Assembly (NCBI GenBank): GCA_965219685.1
Contig: CBDCOH010000002.1
Span: 3,520,001-3,584,000 of the forward strand
Origin: Candidatus Spongiisociaceae bacterium
Lineage (GTDB): Bacteria > Actinomycetota > Acidimicrobiia > Spongiisociales > Spongiisociaceae
Reading direction: 5' to 3'
DNA: 64,000 nt
Positions 59,565-64,000 of this stretch are shown here, piece by piece; position 1 is the stretch's first letter, and each line of letters opens with the position of its first letter. The notes under the pieces were generated by a model. That model worked only from the letters and a program-made list of their open reading frames with translations. It made no database searches and was not told the DNA's origin. A program made the translations under genes and the position numbers.

Positions 59565-61661
59565 ATGACAGTTTTCTCGAATCGTACGGGTGCGATCCTG
59601 GCGACGACCATGGTCGCTTCCCTGCTCGTGCTGGCACCCGGACCGCTGAAGGCGGTCGACGGCAGGTCCGACAACGTGGCGGCCTACTCCGCCTGCGTGG
59701 GTCCTGCAACTGTATCGGCGGATTTCGCCGATACAGTTGATCACTTCGCCGAGAAGGCCATCGACTGCCTCGCGTACTACGGGATAACGCTGGGCACCGC
59801 CGCGGGCCAGTTCTCCCCCGACCAGTTCATCACCCGCGCGCAGATGGCCCTATTCCTCGTCCGGGCGGCCGGTCCGGCGGGGGTGAGCCTGCCCACGCCG
59901 GCGAGCCGGGGGTTCTTGGACATCTTGGGCGAGGCGCAATTCGTCCGGGATGCGATCAACCAGATCGCGGCGCTCGGAATCACGGCGGGCACGTCAGCCA
60001 CCACATTCCACCCTGACGTCCACATGGACCGCCGGACGATGGCCCTCTTCCTCTACCGGTTCCTCCTGCTGACCCAGCAGGGACCGGGCGGGACCGGCGC
60101 GGCCCTGGTGACGCCCGACGACACATTGTTCGAAGATTTGGGCAACGAGGACGATGCGGTTGTCAACGCAGTCGGCGTGCTCTACGAGATGGGCGTGACC
60201 CACGGCAAGACGGCTACGACCTTCGCTCCTTCCGACCTGGTGACTCGGGCGCAGATGGCGCTGTTCATGACCCGGGCCCTGGCGCACTCCAACACCCGGC
60301 CGGCCCGCGTGACCATCCAGAGCCGGGCCGACGTCGTTCCCAGCGGGGACACACTCGAGGTGAGTATCTCCGTCAGGGACACCAGGTTCCGCCCGAGGTC
60401 AGGGTCGCTGGTCGACGTGTTCTCCACCCCTTCCCGAGACCCGTACGCCTCGTTCGGTCAGGACGGGGACTGCCTCCGAAGGGTGGAGGTGGCCTTCGGA
60501 AGCCGAGTCTGCGTGATCGATCAATCGGACCGGCGCCTGGACCAGATGGGCAACCTGGTAGTCGTCCTCGAACCCACCGACAACCTGCTGCTATGGGCAT
60601 GGACGGGTTCTTCGGGCGAGGAGTTCCGCACCAACGCCACCGAGTACGGTTCCATCCGGATCGAGGTGCTCAAGCCTGCCACGGCGGTGAGGGTCCGTGA
60701 CGACATGAAACCTGCGGCCGCCATCCTGAAGTTGGGCGAAACCGTGGAGATGACGTTCGAACTGGTCGACGAAGACGGTCGCCCGGTCGCCGAGTCCGGG
60801 GTACGGATCCAGCTGGCCACGACCTACGAGACGAACGGCGTGATCGGCCGGACCAACATCAGGACGCACCGGACCGACGGGGATGGGCGGGTGGTGGTTC
60901 CGCTCTCGGCGGCGGACCCCGACCTCACATCCGGTGGCGACTCGGTGAAGGTCGACATCGATGTGCTGGTGCAGGCGCTCGAGGTGGTGGATCGGAGCAG
61001 CCTGCGGGTGGTGGAGAACGATGACGACGACAGCACCGACACCCTGATCACCTGGTCCGAGGCGGCCCCGGTGGCCTGGACCCTCCGGTTGCGCCAAGCC
61101 TCCACGTACAACCAGCTGGACGATTCCATCCTCGGTCCGGTGAACGTGGTCCGGGCGACGCTCAGGGACCAGTACGGCGATCCGGTGGAGGCCGCCATGA
61201 TCCAGTTCTCCTCGGATCAGCCCTTGGGCCTTGGTACGACCGGTGTGACCAGGACCGCAGGGGTCGACGGGGTGGCCACCCTGCGGTATATGTGGAACGG
61301 TTCCGGGTCGGCGTCCGAACTCATCTCCGCCGAGGCCACAGGCTTGGACGTCGAGGCTGTGTCCGTTCACCACTACTGGGCGGTTCTCCAGGCGGGAGGC
61401 AGGTCCGCCCTGGCGGTCCCCATCCTGGCGAGCGACATCTACAGGAACGTCATCCTCCACGACGCCAGGTCGCCGCGGCTGCTCCGTTACGACGCCAACG
61501 ACCGTTTCTCGATCCGGGACACCGTCGTCAGCATGACCGCCTTCGAGGAGGCCCTTACCAGCGGCGACTACAGCCGGATCACCTACACCAAGTACTTCGA
61601 CGAGCCCGAAGATGTCAGCTTCTTCGACCTCACCAACACCAGGATTTTCGACGACGCCTAG
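59565..61661 (+). CDS. SLH-domain surface protein (paralog 6)
   Basis: AYSACVG, ITRAQMALFL, AHSNTRPAR, LRDQYGDPV, HYW. Confidence 0.87.
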   Translation: MTVFSNRTGAILATTMVASLLVLAPGPLKAVDGRSDNVAAYSACVGPATVSADFADTVDHFAEKAIDCLAYYGITLGTAAGQFSPDQFITRAQMALFLVRAAGPAGVSLPTPASRGFLDILGEAQFVRDAINQIAALGITAGTSATTFHPDVHMDRRTMALFLYRFLLLTQQGPGGTGAALVTPDDTLFEDLGNEDDAVVNAVGVLYEMGVTHGKTATTFAPSDLVTRAQMALFMTRALAHSNTRPARVTIQSRADVVPSGDTLEVSISVRDTRFRPRSGSLVDVFSTPSRDPYASFGQDGDCLRRVEVAFGSRVCVIDQSDRRLDQMGNLVVVLEPTDNLLLWAWTGSSGEEFRTNATEYGSIRIEVLKPATAVRVRDDMKPAAAILKLGETVEMTFELVDEDGRPVAESGVRIQLATTYETNGVIGRTNIRTHRTDGDGRVVVPLSAADPDLTSGGDSVKVDIDVLVQALEVVDRSSLRVVENDDDDSTDTLITWSEAAPVAWTLRLRQASTYNQLDDSILGPVNVVRATLRDQYGDPVEAAMIQFSSDQPLGLGTTGVTRTAGVDGVATLRYMWNGSGSASELISAEATGLDVEAVSVHHYWAVLQAGGRSALAVPILASDIYRNVILHDARSPRLLRYDANDRFSIRDTVVSMTAFEEALTSGDYSRITYTKYFDEPEDVSFFDLTNTRIFDDA

Positions 61662-62019
61662 CCCCAGCGGCAACGGCGGCATCGACTCGAGCGAGGCGAG
61701 CCGTCGGCGGACCGGTGGCCGGTGCCCGGCCGTTCGCCTGCCCCTGACCCCCCGAAATCGCACCGAACCGCCGGGTTTGCCGTATGAAAATGATTATCAA
61801 GGAATGTCTTGTCCGATTTGCCACCGTTCGGCGCTCTGGTCTGGTATTTTTGCGCCACCCGTAGTTCGCGCTCTTGTCTGCCGGAAAGCCCCTGAGGCCG
61901 TCCGGATCGGGCAGGAAGCCGGTTGGCGGACTGCACAGAAGATCCGGTTAAGGGGTCGGTTTGAGAAGTTCGGTACAGGCTGGTCCGCTGTCCCAGCGGC
62001 TTAGATTCACATTTCAGTT

Positions 62020-62880
62020 GTGAAAGGAGTTGACCAACTGCTCTCAGACACAATGAAGAAGCGCTACGAGCGGGAGTGGGCCCGGTGGGAGACCTGGGCT
62101 TCGTCGCACGGGTATTCGTCGCTTCCCGCCGAGACGGCCCACATCGCCGAGTACGCGATGGGCCTGCTGGCGTTGGGGGCTGCGCCCTCGGGTGTGGGGA
62201 TGGTGCTGTCCTCCATCCGGTGGCGCCACCATATCGCGAACGCCGACCCTCCTCCCGACAATGAGCTAATACCGGCAACCTCGAGCGCTCCCTCCGAAGG
62301 GGAGCCCATCACCCGGGCCGACGCCGCCGCCCTGATCGAGGTCACCAGCCTGCGAAGGTCCTACCGCGTGGGGAGGGGCGTCAGGCGGGAGCGGCAGTCG
62401 CGCACCAACAAGCGCGCCGTCATCGACTCGGTCATCATCGGGCTGGTGTGGGAGACGCTGGCCACGGCCAGCGAGATCGCCGGCCTGGAGTGGGCCGACG
62501 TGGATCTGGCCGGACGCAGGGTGCGGTACGCGGAGCGGGACGGCTGGTCCCCGGTCTCGGAGGGGCTCGCCCACCGGCTCACGCTGCTGGCCGAGTTCCA
62601 GAACGCCACCACGAGTGTGGTGGGACTCTCGCCCGCCTCCGTCAGGCGCCGGGTACGCGAGGCTGCCGAGTACGGAGACCTCGGCTCCGGCTGGTCGCTG
62701 CGCCGGCTCCGGACCGGAGCGGTCCAGGCCATCGCCGAGCGCGGGGCGTCGATGGCGGATGTCACCCGAGCCGGCCTGTCGCTGCCCGGCACGGCCGGAC
62801 AGGCCGAGAGCGAGGCCATCGGAGTTGGTGAAGGCCTCGCCGCCCACCTGCAGGACTCGCCGGTACCGAAACCCGACTGA
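62020..62880 (+). CDS. Cre-like tyrosine recombinase homolog, catalytically degenerate
   Basis: T.K.Y...W..W..W....G..SLPA N-terminal SAM-like domain; box I reads LATASEIAGL (Arg lost); box II reads SLRRLRTG (His lost); no GRW..Y motif. Confidence 0.7.
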   Translation: MKGVDQLLSDTMKKRYEREWARWETWASSHGYSSLPAETAHIAEYAMGLLALGAAPSGVGMVLSSIRWRHHIANADPPPDNELIPATSSAPSEGEPITRADAAALIEVTSLRRSYRVGRGVRRERQSRTNKRAVIDSVIIGLVWETLATASEIAGLEWADVDLAGRRVRYAERDGWSPVSEGLAHRLTLLAEFQNATTSVVGLSPASVRRRVREAAEYGDLGSGWSLRRLRTGAVQAIAERGASMADVTRAGLSLPGTAGQAESEAIGVGEGLAAHLQDSPVPKPD

Positions 62881-62889
62881 TCGGTCACC

Positions 62890-63223
62890 GACCGGGCGGA
62901 TCCCGTTCGGTGCGGGGACTCCCGGAGATTCGGAGCAGGCGATCGGGTCTGCACGATCGACACGTCCGACCTGCGTCTCGACGGGTCCTTTACGGCGACA
63001 CCATGCGCAACGTCATCCTGCACGACGAAGTGGCCCCGTTGCTGCTGCGCTAGGACGCCAACGACCGCTTCTCGATCCGGGACGCCGTCGTGACCATGGA
63101 CGTCTTCGAGGAGGCACTGGCGTCCGGGAGCTACGGGCGGGTCAGCTACAGCCGGTACTCCTCGGACCCGCCGAGGTCAGTAACTTCGACCTCACCAACA
63201 CCAGGATCTTCGACACCGCCTAG
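62890..63223 (+). pseudogene. orphan, internally deleted alternative 3' part of SLH paralog 6
   Basis: RVCTIDTSDLRLD matches about 60505-60545; RNVILHD..LLR*DANDRFSIRD...FDLTNTRIFDTA* matches 61440-61661. Confidence 0.88.
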
Positions 63224-63226
63224 ATG

Positions 63227-63332
63227 GGTTAGGTCTTAGGTAGTGAGCGGTGGTTAGCGTTAGATCGGATAAGTTGCTGGTCTCGGTGTGTGCTGTCCGA
63301 GCTTCCACCCCCGCTAAGCGGGACCTTCACGA
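63227..63332 (+). repeat. dispersed structured repeat, copy B
   Basis: GGTAGTGAGCGGTGGTTAGCGTTAGATCGG...GTCCGAGCT...CGCTAAG..CCTTCACGA, immediately after TAG 63223. Confidence 0.85.
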
Positions 63333-63603
63333 AAGAGAAGTATGGGAGACCCGTGGCGAGAGACACTGATGCAAACGAGTGGCGGCTGCGTTGTGCATCG
63401 ATAGTTCAGTGCGATCCTCCAGATCGGATGGCTTGGAACTCCTGATCAAACCGGCCGCATTCGCTTTCGAACAGCCGATCATGGATCGCCGGATCCGGAT
63501 CTCCGGCCCGCCCGCACCGCCGGTGGTCACCCCCGCCTGACAAGGAGAACCGCCAGATCCGGTTCGTAGACAATGCAGTCGTGATGCGGCATGCTGCATG
63601 ACG

Positions 63604-64000
63604 CTACCGCCCGAAGAACTTGTCGAACAGTTCAATCTGGCCGTCTCGAAGGCTGGCAACTTCCGTCTTGACGCCGGCGACGTCGTTTTGGAGACCGCCG
63701 ATGTCCTCTCGAATGCTGGCGACCTCGGTTTTGACGCCGGCGACGTCGTTTTGGAGACCGCCGATGTCCTCTCGAATGCTGGCGACCTCGGTTTTGACGC
63801 CGGCGACGTCGTTTTGGAGACCGCCGATGTCCTCTCGAATGCTGGCGACCTCGGTTTTGACGCCGGCGACGTCGTTTTGGAGACCGCCGATGTCCTCTCG
63901 AATGCTGGCGACCTCGGTTTTGACGCCGGCGACGTCGTTTTGGAGACCGCCGATGTCCTCTCGAATGCTGGCGACCTCGGTTTTGACGCCGGCGACGTCG
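63604..64000 (-). CDS. 3' part of a coiled-coil repeat protein (start lies outside the window)
   Basis: Open frame of KTEVASIREDIGGLQNDVAGV repeats ending ...LRDGQIELFDKFFGR*. Confidence 0.7.
   Translation of the reverse strand, partial: DVAGVKTEVASIREDIGGLQNDVAGVKTEVASIREDIGGLQNDVAGVKTEVASIREDIGGLQNDVAGVKTEVASIREDIGGLQNDVAGVKTEVASIREDIGGLQNDVAGVKTEVASLRDGQIELFDKFFGR
63670..64000. repeat. perfect 63-bp tandem repeat, at least 5 copies
   Basis: Units start at 63670, 63733, 63796, 63859, 63922, 63985. Confidence 0.97.

Noticed and set aside
63670-64000. CRISPR array
   Set aside because: Head-to-tail perfect repeats without spacers; encodes an in-frame coiled coil
1-64000. tRNA, rRNA or intact IS transposase genes
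   Set aside because: No cloverleaf/T-loop consensus, rRNA-like segment or DDE/HUH transposase ORF recognised by eye

Overview
High-GC bacterial window, most likely an actinobacterium of the Acidimicrobiia type (inferred from ribosomal proteins and SLH-type surface proteins). 1-18.7 kb is the S10-spc-alpha ribosomal superoperon (rplW to rplQ, with secY, adk, map, rpoA) followed by truA, rplM and rpsI. Its oddities are a repeat-extended S3, a long Zn-free S14, no infA and an inserted polytopic membrane gene. Next come glmM, a nonsense-interrupted DUF3800 gene with a downstream hairpin cluster, a glmS ribozyme, glmS and acpS. 24-41.6 kb is an accessory patchwork: TA modules, an AbiEi gene plus hsdM-hsdS without hsdR, an RCC1/M6-protease surface protein, a four-helix-bundle pseudogene and leaderless, variable-length coiled-coil genes. 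This patchwork is stitched together by G-rich and C-rich 7-bp tandem repeats that overlap stop codons, plus two families of ~75-110 bp structured dispersed repeats. 41.8-63.2 kb holds six paralogous SLH (S-layer-like) genes. Two of them are followed by cargo (a proteasome-beta-like protein; a catalytically degenerate tyrosine recombinase) and then by a displaced, decayed alternative copy of their own 3' end, suggesting a C-terminal swapping/cargo-capture locus. All calls come from reading the sequence and ORF track; no searches were run.
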